Origin: an uncultured delta proteobacterium
GTDB lineage: Bacteria; Myxococcota_A; Polyangia; Fen-1088
Reading direction: 5' to 3'
DNA: 64,000 nucleotides
Assembly (NCBI GenBank): GCA_963796685.1
Contig: CAWCMR010000005.1
Coordinates: forward strand, 1-64,000
Numbering within the stretch: the stretch's first letter is position 1; each line of letters starts with the position of its first letter. The position numbers and the translations under genes were made by a program. Positions 50,741 through 61,815 of this stretch are shown here, piece after piece. The notes under the pieces were generated by a model that searched no databases, was not told the DNA's origin, and was given only the letters and a program-made list of their open reading frames with translations.

Positions 50741-52355
50741 TCAGGGAGCTGCGACTTGAGCGAGGGTGTAGTGGCTGGTGGCCGCGCGCGTGAGGCAATC
50801 CATGATGTCCTGGTATCGGACACTCGCCGGCGTGGTGGTGCGATTGAACAGCTCCTGGCCGGCATCCCACAAGAACGGAGCGATGCCGCGGTCGTGGGCC
50901 GCTTTGGTTACGTATTCGATCCAATATCGCCGGTAATTCTCGGCGCCGCTCGTGGCCAGTGTGGCCGTCGCGTCGTATTCCCCCATGATCACGGGAAGGC
51001 CGCTGTCGATGTAGGTTGTCTTCATCTTGTCGAATTCGCTCGTCACATACGACTCCTGCCCGTAGTTGTTCGAGCACGAATACGCGGCCCCCCAGCAGAG
51101 CGTCGAGCCGTTGATCGCGAATTCATAGGGCGTGTAGTAGTGATACGTCATGATCAAATGGTTTGCGATGGTGTCGGTCGGTAGCACGAACCCCGGCACG
51201 GTATCGTCGATGTTGGTATTGTAGCCCGGTACCACGAGGAATCGGCTCGCGTTGTTGCCCCCCGTCCCGCGAACCGTGGTCACGAAGTCCTGATCGAGGT
51301 TGTTGACGTCGGTGTACCAGGAGGCTTGCGCCGTTCCATAGCCGTCGTGAATCTCGTTCATCGCTTCGAAGACCAGTCGGTTGTCATAGCTCTTGAAGTG
51401 ATTCGCGATCTGGGTCCACACGGACTCGAATTCGTTGATCATCGTGGTGCCGTACATCTCGATGCCAAGCCACTGAATGTTCGCGACCGCGTCCGCGCCA
51501 TCGTGGTGCACGTTGATGATGACATTCAGTCCGGCAGTGAGCGCGTAGTTGACGACGGTATCGACGCGCGCCATCCAGGTGGCGTCGATGGTGTAGCTCG
51601 GTGCCGCGCCAAGGTGCTCGGACCACGTCACGGGGATGCGCACGGCTTTGAAGCCGTGGGCGGCGACCTGCGTGAGCAGGTCCTGCGTGACGAGCGGGTT
51701 CCCCCAGCAGGTTTCGTCGCTCGCTCCGCACCCGTCGGAATCCAGGCTGTTTCCCAGGTTCCATCCGAGCGTCCAGGTGGCGACGAGAATCCGCAGCCGT
51801 GGCGGGCGCCCCGGTCGACGTGGCTCCACCGGCTCCAGCACCCCCAGCCGCCGTTCCTCCTGTGGCCGTACCACCCGTGGCCGCGCCACCCGTGCCATGG
51901 GTCCCCCCGGTGCCGGCTCCGCCCGAGCCGGTGCTGCCACCGCTCGCCGCTCGGCCGCCGGAGCCACCGCTCGCCGTGCCTCCGGAACCTCCCCCGACCC
52001 CCGTCATCCCTCCACCTCCCGACGGTGTAGTGCCGCCGCCAGTCCCGCCGCTTGCGCCACCCGTACCGGGTGCCCCTCCCGACGCCCCCGTCCTGCCGCC
52101 GCTCCCGAGCGCGCCGCCCGAACCGGTCGCGCCGCCCGCGCTTCCCCCGGAGCCTTGTGCGCCGCCCGAGGATTGGCTGCCGCCGTTGCCTAGTGCTCCA
52201 CCGGACGACGGGCTGCCACCGCTTCCGCGTGTTCCGCCCGAGGATTGGCTCCCGCCAGCCGCCCCGCCCGCGCCTCCGCTGTGACCGGTGTTTCCGCACC
52301 CTCCGAGCAAGAGGGCGACGGAGGCAGTGACGATGGCAAACGGTAGCTTCTTCAT
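50741..52355 (-). CDS. GH5 endoglucanase lipoprotein with a Gly-rich linker; apparent frameshift near 51790
   Basis: Lipobox LLGGC; GWNLGNSLD, RIPVTW, NVHHD, FEAMNE, HYYTP, IMGEY. Confidence 0.85.
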
Positions 52356-52490
52356 GATGATTCCCTTCGGCAATGCAGTGGCTCGGCATGAACGAGACGG
52401 CTCGCCTCTTGGGCAACGGACACTCGGCTTGTGACTGCTTGCACTATCGCAGTGGCCGATCTTGGGCCTCGTGCGCCACCCGATCGCGAG

Positions 52491-53045
52491 TCAGAGGTTC
52501 GGTACCGCGTCGAGCGCCAGCGTCTTCTCGTCGACCTGGACGGTCGCGTCCGAGAACGGCGGGGACTGCCCGGCCGGGCCGTTGATGCTCACCGAGTAAG
52601 CCCAACAGCCCTTGAGGAAGTCGATCTCCGAACCGAGGGCCCCGATGCTGGTCGTCAGGTAGCAGGCGTCGTCGCCCACGCCGGAGACGGGGGCGACGGT
52701 ATAGGGATCACCGACGGGGTTTGCCGGGTGGCAGAAGTCCTCGAAGGTCGCGTAGTTCGAGTTGATGAGAAAGCTGACCTCGAACAACGGGTAGCCCTGA
52801 GCGTCGTCGTACTCCCACAGGCACGCGTCGCCGTCCCATTGCCCGACCGCGCTCGTTCCGATCACCGCGGCCACCTGCGCGTCGCTGAGCCGACTGCAGG
52901 GGTTGCACCCGTCCGTGCAAGCGTTGGGCGAAAACGTCGTGCACGCGCCGCCAGAGGTCCCGGGGCCGCTGCCGCTGCCGCCCCCGCATCCGCTCGCTGA
53001 TGCAGCCAGGAGCGTGGCTCCCGCGATCAACCTCATGAGCTTCAT
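52491..53045 (-). CDS. Hypothetical Cys-rich lipoprotein
   Basis: Lipobox ASGC; VSGVGDDA. Confidence 0.6.
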   Translation of the reverse strand: MKLMRLIAGATLLAASASGCGGGSGSGPGTSGGACTTFSPNACTDGCNPCSRLSDAQVAAVIGTSAVGQWDGDACLWEYDDAQGYPLFEVSFLINSNYATFEDFCHPANPVGDPYTVAPVSGVGDDACYLTTSIGALGSEIDFLKGCWAYSVSINGPAGQSPPFSDATVQVDEKTLALDAVPNL

Positions 53046-53342
53046 TTCGGCAAGCATGCTTAGCGCGCGCCGTCGGTTCAAGGCGCGGCGCATCCTGAGG
53101 GTCGGCAAGCGCTGGGGTTACCTGGACGAGCTCGGCAAAGCCCGTCCGCGCCGGCACGAAAAGTCGACCTCGCGGCCGCTGACTTGAGCGCAGGTGGCGC
53201 AATGGGGACTTTCCCGATTGACGCTTTCCCGATTGACGCTTGACAGATGGCGCTTCGGGGCGAAGCATGACGGGCGCGAGGTAGGACACTCAAGCTCTCC
53301 CCCAGGTCCACCGATCTCTCCTCTAAGGATTCGTCTAGCACC

Positions 53343-54515
53343 ATGGATTCTACGACGATTTGTGCAGGCACGGGTCTTAGCCAAGAAGCCGATTCCTATC
53401 AGGCAGGGCAGGCGGCCGCGACCATGGCGGTAGCTCGGCTTGCCGGCGAAAAGCCTGCGCTGGTACTCGTGTTCACGAGCCCGCGCTATGATCCGGAAGT
53501 TCTGCTGGCCGGTATCCGCTCTGTGACCGGCGAGGCGCCGCTCGTGGGCGCGACAGGCTCGGGCGAGATCGTGCACGGCGAGTACCTCGGATTCGGCCAG
53601 GGGGTAGGCGTGATGGCCCTGACTGCCGGGGCGTACCGTTTCGGCATCGCCTCGGGCAGCCATATTCGCGCAGATTTGGACCAGGCTGCTCAGACGATCA
53701 CGCGGGCAAGCCGAGAAGCGGCCGGCGAAAGCCCGCATGCCGCCGTCCTCTTGCTCACCGATTCGATGCTCGGCGATTTACAGCAGTTCGTACAGGGGGT
53801 GTATCGAATCGCCGGGCCGAAAGTGGCCCTTGTCGGCGCGGGCGCTGGCGACGAGCAGAAGTTCGTCCGTACCCTCGTCTTTCATGACGGTAGGGTCGTC
53901 GAGGAAGGCGCCGTCGTCGTCTGGATTGCGAGCGAGCACCCCATGCAGGTCGTGACCCAGCATGGCTGGCGACCGATAGGCGTTCCCCTGATCGTCACGC
54001 GCGTCGCCGGAACCGAGATCGTCGAGCTGAACGGTCGGCCGGCGGCGGAGGCCTACGAAGAGCAGCTTGGTCTTTCCCCGGGACAGCTCAGCCCCGAGGA
54101 GTTCTGGGGCACTTCCATCCGCCACCCGTTTGGTCTGATCCAGCCGGACAATTCGACCGTGATCCGGGTTGCTCGTGCGAAGACGCCGCAGGGCACGTTG
54201 CGCATTCAAGGCTGCGTGCCCCCCACGGGAAGTGCGGTGCAGGTCATGGACGGATCGGCAGACAGCTTGATGGCCATCTCCGACCGCGTGATTGCGGAGT
54301 CATTGCGTGTAAATCCGAAGGCCGCCGTTGTGCTCACCTTCAGCTGCGCGGCCCGCGCCATGATTTTCGGCTCGCGCGTCGCAGAAGAGGCCCGGCTCAT
54401 GCAGAACGCGGCTGGAAGAGCGCAAACCTTCGGATTTTACTGTTGCGCGGAATTTGCCCGCACAGCAGGGGTGCTCGGGACACACAACGCCACGCTGACC
54501 ACGCTGGCGCTCTAG
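53343..54515 (+). CDS. FIST N/C domain sensory protein
   Basis: LVGATGSGEI, GAGAGD, HGWRPIG, ELNGRPA, FSCAAR, GFY. Confidence 0.88.
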   Translation: MDSTTICAGTGLSQEADSYQAGQAAATMAVARLAGEKPALVLVFTSPRYDPEVLLAGIRSVTGEAPLVGATGSGEIVHGEYLGFGQGVGVMALTAGAYRFGIASGSHIRADLDQAAQTITRASREAAGESPHAAVLLLTDSMLGDLQQFVQGVYRIAGPKVALVGAGAGDEQKFVRTLVFHDGRVVEEGAVVVWIASEHPMQVVTQHGWRPIGVPLIVTRVAGTEIVELNGRPAAEAYEEQLGLSPGQLSPEEFWGTSIRHPFGLIQPDNSTVIRVARAKTPQGTLRIQGCVPPTGSAVQVMDGSADSLMAISDRVIAESLRVNPKAAVVLTFSCAARAMIFGSRVAEEARLMQNAAGRAQTFGFYCCAEFARTAGVLGTHNATLTTLAL

Positions 54516-54538
54516 TTGTACGAGGCAAACAGGAGCCC

Positions 54539-56329
54539 ATGTCCGATTCTCCCGAGGAGCATGGCCGGCCAGTTTCGTGCGCCAACGACGAGCTTGGACG
54601 ACTTCGCGCCCAGCACGCGGCCACGGTTCAAGCCTTGCAGGCCGCCATTCGGGACGTCACCAGGCTCACCCGGCTGTTTGCGATTCTGAACGAGCCCGCG
54701 CCGCTCGAAAGACTGCTCGACCGCGTGCTTGCAACGCTTTCGGAGCTTTTCCTTTGCGACGTGGTCGTGCTGCTCAAGGGAGGCGCCGAAGGGGGCCTGG
54801 TCCTTCTGGCCGCGATCGGGCTACCGGCCAACATGCAGAAGCGGGCGCTTTTCAGCTCGGACTCGAGTTACACGACGACGGCCTTGAAGGGCGGCCAGCC
54901 GACGACGGTGGCGCAGGCGCGCGTCGATCCGAAGGTCGACGCCTACCTCCGAGATCTGGATGTGGAGACGGCGGTTTGGCTTCCGGTAAGCGGAGACGAA
55001 GGCAGTAGCCGTGGTGTCCTCGTCTTGGCCCGCTGTCAGCCGGTCCCTTTCGTTCAGGCCGACGTCGATCTGCTCGCAGTCATGGCCTATCGGATCGGGC
55101 TCATGATCGAGCGCTCATTGGCCGAGGAGGAGCGGCGACGGCTCGAGCACCGGCTCAGGCAAGCACAAAAGACGGAGAGCCTCGGGCGTATGGCTGCGGC
55201 GATTGCACACCATTTCAACAATATGCTCGGCGCGGCCATTGGCAGCCTGGACCTCGCTCTCGAGGACTTGCCGTCCGACGATCGCGTTCGCGAGGATGTG
55301 CTGAACGCGCGCGAATCCGCCGGACGTGCGGCAAAGACGAGCGAGCTCATGCTGGCCTACCTCGGGCAAACGGTCGGGAATCGAGAAACGGTGGATTTGA
55401 CCCAGGTCCTGCGGGACGCGCTTCCCGCTCTCGAGGCCTCGATCCCTCGTAACGCCAGACTGATCCTGGACTTGCGCGAGTCGGGACTGATCGTGCTGGT
55501 AGGCCCTGCCCAGATCACGCAGATGTTCGGCAATCTCATCACCAACGCTTGGGAGTCGATGGGCGGCGCAAAGGGGGAGATCCGAGTCTCCGTCCGGGCC
55601 GTGTCGAGCGCGCGCATTCCCAAGACTCACCTTGCTTCGGCCGATTTCAAAGCGCGGGCCGCCAGTTACGTCTGCCTGGAAGTCCGCGACACGGGCTGCG
55701 GAATGGCTGCCGAGACCATCGAGAAGATCTTCGATCCATTCTTCACCACGAAATTCCTAGGCAGAGGGCTGGGATTGCCGGTCGTGCTCGGCACCGTCCG
55801 TGCCTACGATGGCGTGATCAGTGTCGAGAGCGTGATCGGGCAGGGATCGACCTTTCGCGTCTACCTGCCGCACGCACCTCTCGCGCTCCTGGAAGGGCGG
55901 TCCACGGCCTCCATGGCCCACCTGTCGGAAGGCGATGGCGCGAAGGCGGGCATCGTGCTCGTGGCAGAGGACGAGGAGAGCCTTCTCCGGGCGACGCAAC
56001 GTATGTTCGAGCGCATGGGCTACCTGGTCGTTTCTGCCACCGACGGGGCAACCGCCGTCGAAAGGTTTCGTGACCGGGCCAAGGATGTACGTCTCGTCCT
56101 TCTCGACCTCGCCATGCCGCAGATGGACGGCTGGGCGACGCTCGAGGCAGTTCGCTCGCTACGCCCCGACATCCCCGTCATTCTGACCAGTGGCTACGAT
56201 GAGGCCGATGCCTTCCGCGGCCAACCGTCGCATCACTCTCTGCACTTCCTGCACAAACCCTACAGCTTCGCCGAGCTCCGCTCCGCCGTTGCGAAGACGC
56301 TCGCGGCGGCCGAGGACCATGCGCGATAG
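54539..56329 (+). CDS. GAF hybrid histidine kinase with receiver domain
   Basis: H-box [25 protein letters not shown], receiver LLDLAMP. Confidence 0.92.
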   Translation: MSDSPEEHGRPVSCANDELGRLRAQHAATVQALQAAIRDVTRLTRLFAILNEPAPLERLLDRVLATLSELFLCDVVVLLKGGAEGGLVLLAAIGLPANMQKRALFSSDSSYTTTALKGGQPTTVAQARVDPKVDAYLRDLDVETAVWLPVSGDEGSSRGVLVLARCQPVPFVQADVDLLAVMAYRIGLMIERSLAEEERRRLEHRLRQAQKTESLGRMAAAIAHHFNNMLGAAIGSLDLALEDLPSDDRVREDVLNARESAGRAAKTSELMLAYLGQTVGNRETVDLTQVLRDALPALEASIPRNARLILDLRESGLIVLVGPAQITQMFGNLITNAWESMGGAKGEIRVSVRAVSSARIPKTHLASADFKARAASYVCLEVRDTGCGMAAETIEKIFDPFFTTKFLGRGLGLPVVLGTVRAYDGVISVESVIGQGSTFRVYLPHAPLALLEGRSTASMAHLSEGDGAKAGIVLVAEDEESLLRATQRMFERMGYLVVSATDGATAVERFRDRAKDVRLVLLDLAMPQMDGWATLEAVRSLRPDIPVILTSGYDEADAFRGQPSHHSLHFLHKPYSFAELRSAVAKTLAAAEDHAR

Positions 56330-56774
56330 CTGCCGAGTGCACGGCCGGGGTAGCCCCTCGGGCAACGAAGCATCCCGTAGGCGACGCCCATAGACCGCAA
56401 GAAGTCGTAGCCACCTTGTCGATGGCGAAAGCCGCCGGCACCGCCGACGGCGTTTCCGTCATCGATATGTCGGCGCTCTCGGCTGCCGTGTACACCAGCG
56501 CCGGCCTTTGTCCGAACAGCGGCGATTACACCTCGACCACCAGCAAGGATACATCGGGCTCCAAAGCCCGGGCGCGGCGATGTCGCGGGCCGCTCCACGG
56601 TGACCGTCGGCAGCCGTGCCCGCTCTACCTGCAGGAGGCGAAGGGGCTCGTCCTGCTGCTATGCTTGCACGTCCAGGAGGCCTCATGACACCCGATACGA
56701 TCAAGCTGCTGGCCCGGTACAACGCTCTGGCTTGGGGCGAGCTGTTTCCCGGCTATTGACTGGGGAGACCGCCT

Positions 56775-58922
56775 TTGAACGGCCCACCAAACCCGTCCGC
56801 CGGTCCGCTCCTGCTTCCGGGATACTCCTGCTGGAGGAGGGTGGTGGCTCGCCGTCTCTCCATGATCCAAGACGCCGGGCCGACTTTCGCGGCCATCGCG
56901 GAGGCGATGGAGGCCGCGACGCGCACCATCTTCGTGGTGGGCTGGGACCTCGACAGCCGGACCCGCCTTCGCCCGGACGCGGGTCACTTGGCGGACGAGC
57001 GGCTGCTGTCCTTGCTTCGTCGGTGCCTCGACCGTCGCTCCGAGCTGGAGGTCTTCCTTCTCATATGGGACTTTTCCATCATCTACGCCTGGGAACGGGA
57101 GCCTCTGCCGCGTAGCCAATTCGGCAGCGCGCATGCGCGACTGCATTTCGCCCTCGACGCTCCCGCGACCCCCGGCTCGTCCCATCATCAGAAGATCGTC
57201 GTGATCGACGACGAGGTCGCTTTCACCGGTGGTGTCGACCTCACGATCCGCCGCTGGGACACTCCCGAGCATGCGCCGACCGACCTCCGACGGGTCGATT
57301 GGGAGGACCGTCCCTATGGACCGTTCCACGACGTGCACGTCGCGGTTTCCGGTCCCGCGGCGTCCGCGTTTGGCGAGCTGGCGCGCGCGCGTTGGGCGGC
57401 CGGGCGCCATCGTCCCTCCCCGCCGCCGCTCGCTCCCCCGCGCGACAACCCACCCGCCCCCTGGCCGGCCGGGCTGGCGGTGGACGCCACCGATATCTCC
57501 GTCGGCCTCGCGCGAACCTTCGCCAGCCGCATGGGGCCCGCCATCAACGAGATCGAGATTCTCACGTCGAACGCCATCGCCGCCGCCCGGCGCTGGATCT
57601 ATGCCGAGAATCAGTACCTCACGTCATGGGTCGTGGCGCGGGCGCTCGGGGCGCAGTTGCTGCGCGCGACCGGCCCGGAGATCGTCGTGGTCTTGCCCAA
57701 GGAAGCGTCAGGCTGGAAGGAGCAGAGCTCCATGGACGTCCTACGCAACCAAGTTTTCAAGTCCTTGTCACGGCAAGATCGTTATGGACGACTGCGCTTG
57801 CTCACGCCACTCGTCGGGACGGGGGCCGACACCCGTGACGTGCAAGTCCACGCGAAGGTCCTGGTCGTGGACGATGTCCTCGCGAAGATCGGCTCCGCGA
57901 ACTTCACGGGTCGATCGATGAGGCTCGACAGCGAGTGCGATCTGGCGGTCGAGGCATACGACGATGCCAGCGCCTCCTTCGTGGCGTCCGTGCGCAACCG
58001 TCTGCTGGCCGAGCACCTCGGTTCGTCGGCATCGGAGATCGCGGTCCGCCTGGCGGCGCACGGTTCGTTGCTCCAACTGGTCGACGCTCAACCCCCGAAC
58101 GTGCACCGCCGCCTCGTACCCGCGCCGTCCGCGGTGGAGCCGCCCTTCGATTTCGTCGTGCTCGACGGCGCCGTGATCGATCCGGTCGAGCCATGGAACG
58201 CGACGGCGCTGCTGGAGCGGGCGGTCCCGGTTCCCCTGCGCAGGCGTCTCGCGCGCCGCTGGCTGCGTCCGCTGCTCCTCGCGTCCATCGCCATCGCCGG
58301 CTGGGCCCTGATTCGCTCCTGGCATCCCCTCGCCACGGGCGTGCGCGATCTGATCGCCGGCGCCGTGGTCGCCGCCGCCCAACGCCCCGGCGGCACGCTG
58401 TTCGCGGTGCTGTTCTACGCCGTCGCCGCCGTCCTCTGCGTGCCCGTCACGTTGCTGGCAACGGTCACCTTGGCGGTGTTCGGCGTCTGGCCCGGCGTGG
58501 CCATCGCCTGGGCCGGCGGCGTGCTGTCCGCCACGCTCTCGCACCTGATCGGAAGCATGCTCGGACCGCGGCTTCTCGGTTGGCTGCCCGACCGAATCGA
58601 ACGCGGCGTGCGGCGTTTCCTGCGCCGCCGAGGATTTTGGTCGGTCATCTTCATACGGCTCGTGCCGCTCGGGGACTTCGGCATCCTCAACCTGGTAGCC
58701 GGTGCCCTTCAGGTGCCAAGGACCTCGTTCATCCTCGGCAACATGGTCGGCCTCCTCCCCGGCCTGCTCGGTCTCGGAATGATCGTCGCCCGCTTGCGGG
58801 CCTTGCTGAGCCAACCCAGCCCGGCCAATGCGATTCTCGCGATCATCGTGGTGACCGCGGTCGTCGTCCTCGCCGTGTTGGCCAAGCGCCACTTCCGCCC
58901 GGAAACCGAGCCGGACGCATGA
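56775..58922 (+). CDS. Phospholipase D fused to a VTT/DedA membrane domain
   Basis: Two HKD motifs (HHQKIVVID, VHAKVLVVDD); C-terminal TM region with RLVPLG. Confidence 0.9.
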   Translation: MNGPPNPSAGPLLLPGYSCWRRVVARRLSMIQDAGPTFAAIAEAMEAATRTIFVVGWDLDSRTRLRPDAGHLADERLLSLLRRCLDRRSELEVFLLIWDFSIIYAWEREPLPRSQFGSAHARLHFALDAPATPGSSHHQKIVVIDDEVAFTGGVDLTIRRWDTPEHAPTDLRRVDWEDRPYGPFHDVHVAVSGPAASAFGELARARWAAGRHRPSPPPLAPPRDNPPAPWPAGLAVDATDISVGLARTFASRMGPAINEIEILTSNAIAAARRWIYAENQYLTSWVVARALGAQLLRATGPEIVVVLPKEASGWKEQSSMDVLRNQVFKSLSRQDRYGRLRLLTPLVGTGADTRDVQVHAKVLVVDDVLAKIGSANFTGRSMRLDSECDLAVEAYDDASASFVASVRNRLLAEHLGSSASEIAVRLAAHGSLLQLVDAQPPNVHRRLVPAPSAVEPPFDFVVLDGAVIDPVEPWNATALLERAVPVPLRRRLARRWLRPLLLASIAIAGWALIRSWHPLATGVRDLIAGAVVAAAQRPGGTLFAVLFYAVAAVLCVPVTLLATVTLAVFGVWPGVAIAWAGGVLSATLSHLIGSMLGPRLLGWLPDRIERGVRRFLRRRGFWSVIFIRLVPLGDFGILNLVAGALQVPRTSFILGNMVGLLPGLLGLGMIVARLRALLSQPSPANAILAIIVVTAVVVLAVLAKRHFRPETEPDA

Positions 58923-59665
58923 CGTCGTTGCTCGAATCCGAGACCTCCTTGCGCGTGGCGACCTGGAACATCCACGACGCCCGCGGAGCCGACGGCCAGC
59001 GCGATCTCGACCGCGTGGCCCGCGTGCTCGGGCAGCTCCGCGCGCCTCTCATCGGGTTGCAAGAGGTGCGCTGCGGGGCCAGCGAAGACGATGCCGCCGA
59101 CCTCGCCCGGCGACATGGATACGGCTGGTTCGCCATCGAGACGCGGCGACACGCCGACGCGCAACACGGAAACGCGCTGCTCACCTCGCTGCCCATCGAG
59201 GGCACGCGCGTGCATGATCTCTCGATCGCCCATCGCGAGCCACGAGCCGCGCTCGAGGCCAACATCCGATGGCAAGGACGGCACTTGCGGGTCGTGGTCA
59301 CGCACCTCGGACTGCGGGCTGGCGAGCGACGCAAGCAAGTCGAACGCCTGTTGGCGCAACTGCCGCCGGATGACGGCGCCATCACCATCTTGCTCGGAGA
59401 CATCAACGAGTGGTGGCTGTGGGGGCGGCCGTTGCGCTGGCTCCATCGCCGCTTCGGAACGAGCCCGTCTCTGCGCAGCTATCCCGCCCGGGCGCCGTTC
59501 TTCGCGCTCGATCGCGTCTGGGTCTCGCCGCCTTGGACGGTGTCCACGATCGACGTCCCCCATGGCCCGGGGGCGCGCACCGCCTCGGACCACCTGCCGG
59601 TCATCGCGACCCTCCGCTTGCCAGCCACGATCCCGGGACAGGCTCGAAACCTCGATCCACCGTAG
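58919..59665 (+). CDS. Endonuclease/exonuclease/phosphatase family protein
   Basis: ATWNIH, LQEV, THLGL, GDINEW, ASDHLP. Confidence 0.9.
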   Translation: MTSLLESETSLRVATWNIHDARGADGQRDLDRVARVLGQLRAPLIGLQEVRCGASEDDAADLARRHGYGWFAIETRRHADAQHGNALLTSLPIEGTRVHDLSIAHREPRAALEANIRWQGRHLRVVVTHLGLRAGERRKQVERLLAQLPPDDGAITILLGDINEWWLWGRPLRWLHRRFGTSPSLRSYPARAPFFALDRVWVSPPWTVSTIDVPHGPGARTASDHLPVIATLRLPATIPGQARNLDPP

Positions 59666-59694
59666 TCGCCAAGGAGTCCCATTTGCCTGGCGAA

Positions 59695-61527
59695 TCAAGC
59701 CGCTTCCCGGACGGCTTTCACGATGGCATCGCGCGAGATCGATTCGAACCGTAGCAGCTCCTCGGGCTTCCCACTCCGGGGTAGCTCTCGCACCGCGAGC
59801 GAGACGATCTTCGCGCCGGTCGATGCCAGGGCGCTCCTGACCGCTTCGCCGAGACCGCCTTCGGGGTAGTGGTCTTCGACCGTGATGATGGCCTGGGTCT
59901 CCTGCGCTGCTCGGCTCAGCGTCTCTTCGTCTATCGGCTTGATGCTGTAGAGATCAATCACACGGATCGGGATCCGCTCCCTCTCCAGTTGCTCGGAAGC
60001 GGCCAAGGCCTCGTGCACGGTGATGCCCGCCGCGACCACGGTCACCCGATCGCGATCGCTTTTGCGCACGACCTTGCAGCCGCCAAGAACGAATGCCTCC
60101 TCGGGACCGTAAATCACCGGCGTCTTCCCCCGCGTGGTCCGCAGGTAACAGATACCCTTATGCTCGGCACAAGCCTCGACCAGCTTCTCTGTCGACACCG
60201 CATCGCATGGGTACACGACCACGGCATCGCGAATGGTGCGGAAGATGGCAATGTCCTCGAGGCCCATCTGCGACGGACCGTCCTGCCCGATGGAAACGCC
60301 CGCGTGCGAGCCGACCACCTTTATGTTGGCAGACGAATACTGCGCCATTCGGATCTGGTCGGTCGCACGCGTCAGGAACGCCGCAAAGGACGACATGAAG
60401 GGAATCTTGCCCCGCGACGACAAGCCCAGGGCCACCCCGGCCATGTTCTGCTCGGCGATGTACATCTCGAAGAAGCGGCCGGGGTGTGCGTCCTCGAGCT
60501 TGTCCGCGCGGGTTGAGTTGCTCACCTCTCCGTCGAGCGCCACCAACCCCGGGAACCGCTTCGCGACACGCACCAACGCCGTGCCGTACGCGTCGCGCGT
60601 CGCCACCTCCTGAGCGCGCGCATAGCGGATCGGCCCGGCCGGCTCTACCTCCACGACCTTCGGTCTCGCGTTCTCTGGCATCGCGATCCTGGTACCGCGA
60701 ACCGTCTTGTCGACGGGACCCAACTTGCGAAGTGCTTGCTCGAGCTGCTCCTTGTCGAGCGTCTTGCCATGCCAACCGTCCTTGTCTTCGACGGCCTCGA
60801 CCCCCTTGCCCTTGATGGTTCGCGCGATGATCATCGCGGGCCGAGACACGTTCTGGCTCTTGCGGTAGGCTTGCAAGACCTGCTCGAACGAGTGGCCGTC
60901 TGCGACCATGATGGTCTCCCACCCGAACCCGGCGATACGCTGGCGGTAAGCTTCGAGGTCGTGGCCGTACATGGTCTCGCCCCGCTGCCCGAGGCGATTG
61001 ACGTCCAGGATGCCAATCAGGTTGTCGAGCTTGTAATGAGCCGCGATCTGGATCGCCTCGTACTGGCTCCCCTCCGCCATCTCGCTGTCCCCGAGCAGCA
61101 CGTAGGTCCGGTACGGCAGCTTGTCCAGGTACTTCGCGTTGAGCGCAATGCCAACTCCGATCGACAGCCCCTGCCCCAGCGAGCCGGTGGCCGCCTCCAC
61201 ATAGGGGAGCTTGGGCGTCGGGTGTCCTTCGAGGCGGCTTCCGAACGAACGATACGTCATGAGCTCGTCCTCGGCGATCTTCCCGGCCGCCGCCCACAGG
61301 GCATAGAAGAGCGGCGAGGCATGACCCTTGGAAAACACCAGCCGATCGTTGTTGGGATGACCGGGATCGTCGGCGTCGTAGCGGAAGAATCCCCCGAAGA
61401 GCAGCGCCGTCATGAGCTCCGTGGCGGACAGCGAGGAGGTGGGGTGTCCTGATCCGGCGCGGGTTGTGGAAACGAGAATGTAGTAACGGACCAGCCTCGC
61501 CAGTCTGTCCAGCGTGTCATCGTTCAT
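59695..61527 (-). CDS. tkt: Transketolase
   Basis: SGHPTSSLS, SKGHA, TGSLGQG, GDSE..EG, IAEQNM, GQDGPSQM; strong RBS. Confidence 0.93.
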   Translation of the reverse strand: MNDDTLDRLARLVRYYILVSTTRAGSGHPTSSLSATELMTALLFGGFFRYDADDPGHPNNDRLVFSKGHASPLFYALWAAAGKIAEDELMTYRSFGSRLEGHPTPKLPYVEAATGSLGQGLSIGVGIALNAKYLDKLPYRTYVLLGDSEMAEGSQYEAIQIAAHYKLDNLIGILDVNRLGQRGETMYGHDLEAYRQRIAGFGWETIMVADGHSFEQVLQAYRKSQNVSRPAMIIARTIKGKGVEAVEDKDGWHGKTLDKEQLEQALRKLGPVDKTVRGTRIAMPENARPKVVEVEPAGPIRYARAQEVATRDAYGTALVRVAKRFPGLVALDGEVSNSTRADKLEDAHPGRFFEMYIAEQNMAGVALGLSSRGKIPFMSSFAAFLTRATDQIRMAQYSSANIKVVGSHAGVSIGQDGPSQMGLEDIAIFRTIRDAVVVYPCDAVSTEKLVEACAEHKGICYLRTTRGKTPVIYGPEEAFVLGGCKVVRKSDRDRVTVVAAGITVHEALAASEQLERERIPIRVIDLYSIKPIDEETLSRAAQETQAIITVEDHYPEGGLGEAVRSALASTGAKIVSLAVRELPRSGKPEELLRFESISRDAIVKAVREAA

Positions 61528-61815
61528 GATCTCCTCCTCCTTGGTTTGCATCATGGGTTGCGAGCCCCCTTCTGCGCATCGCCTTGGCCTCTCTCCTCTG
61601 ATGAGCCTCAGGTGCCTTGTGTTCCGGATCTTTTGCCGGGTTTTGCTTGCCGCAGCTCGCTGCAGGGACTCAAGAGGTGTCCGGAAATCGGAACAGTGGT
61701 ACACGACGATCCAGATCCTGCTGACGATGGAGGCGTTCAGGAAGGCGACGCTGCCGATAGCAGCCGCGGCGTGGCCGTTCGGGCTCGTGGCGAGGCCGGC
61801 TCTCGACCGAGCCGC

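Noticed and set aside
51790-52290. Low-complexity GC-rich repeats here and at 62820-63160
   Set aside because: They encode Gly/Ser/Thr-rich linkers of secreted lipoproteins
56400-56700. Short ORF 56416-56688, possibly a hydrolase remnant
   Set aside because: Too short and degenerate to assign without a search
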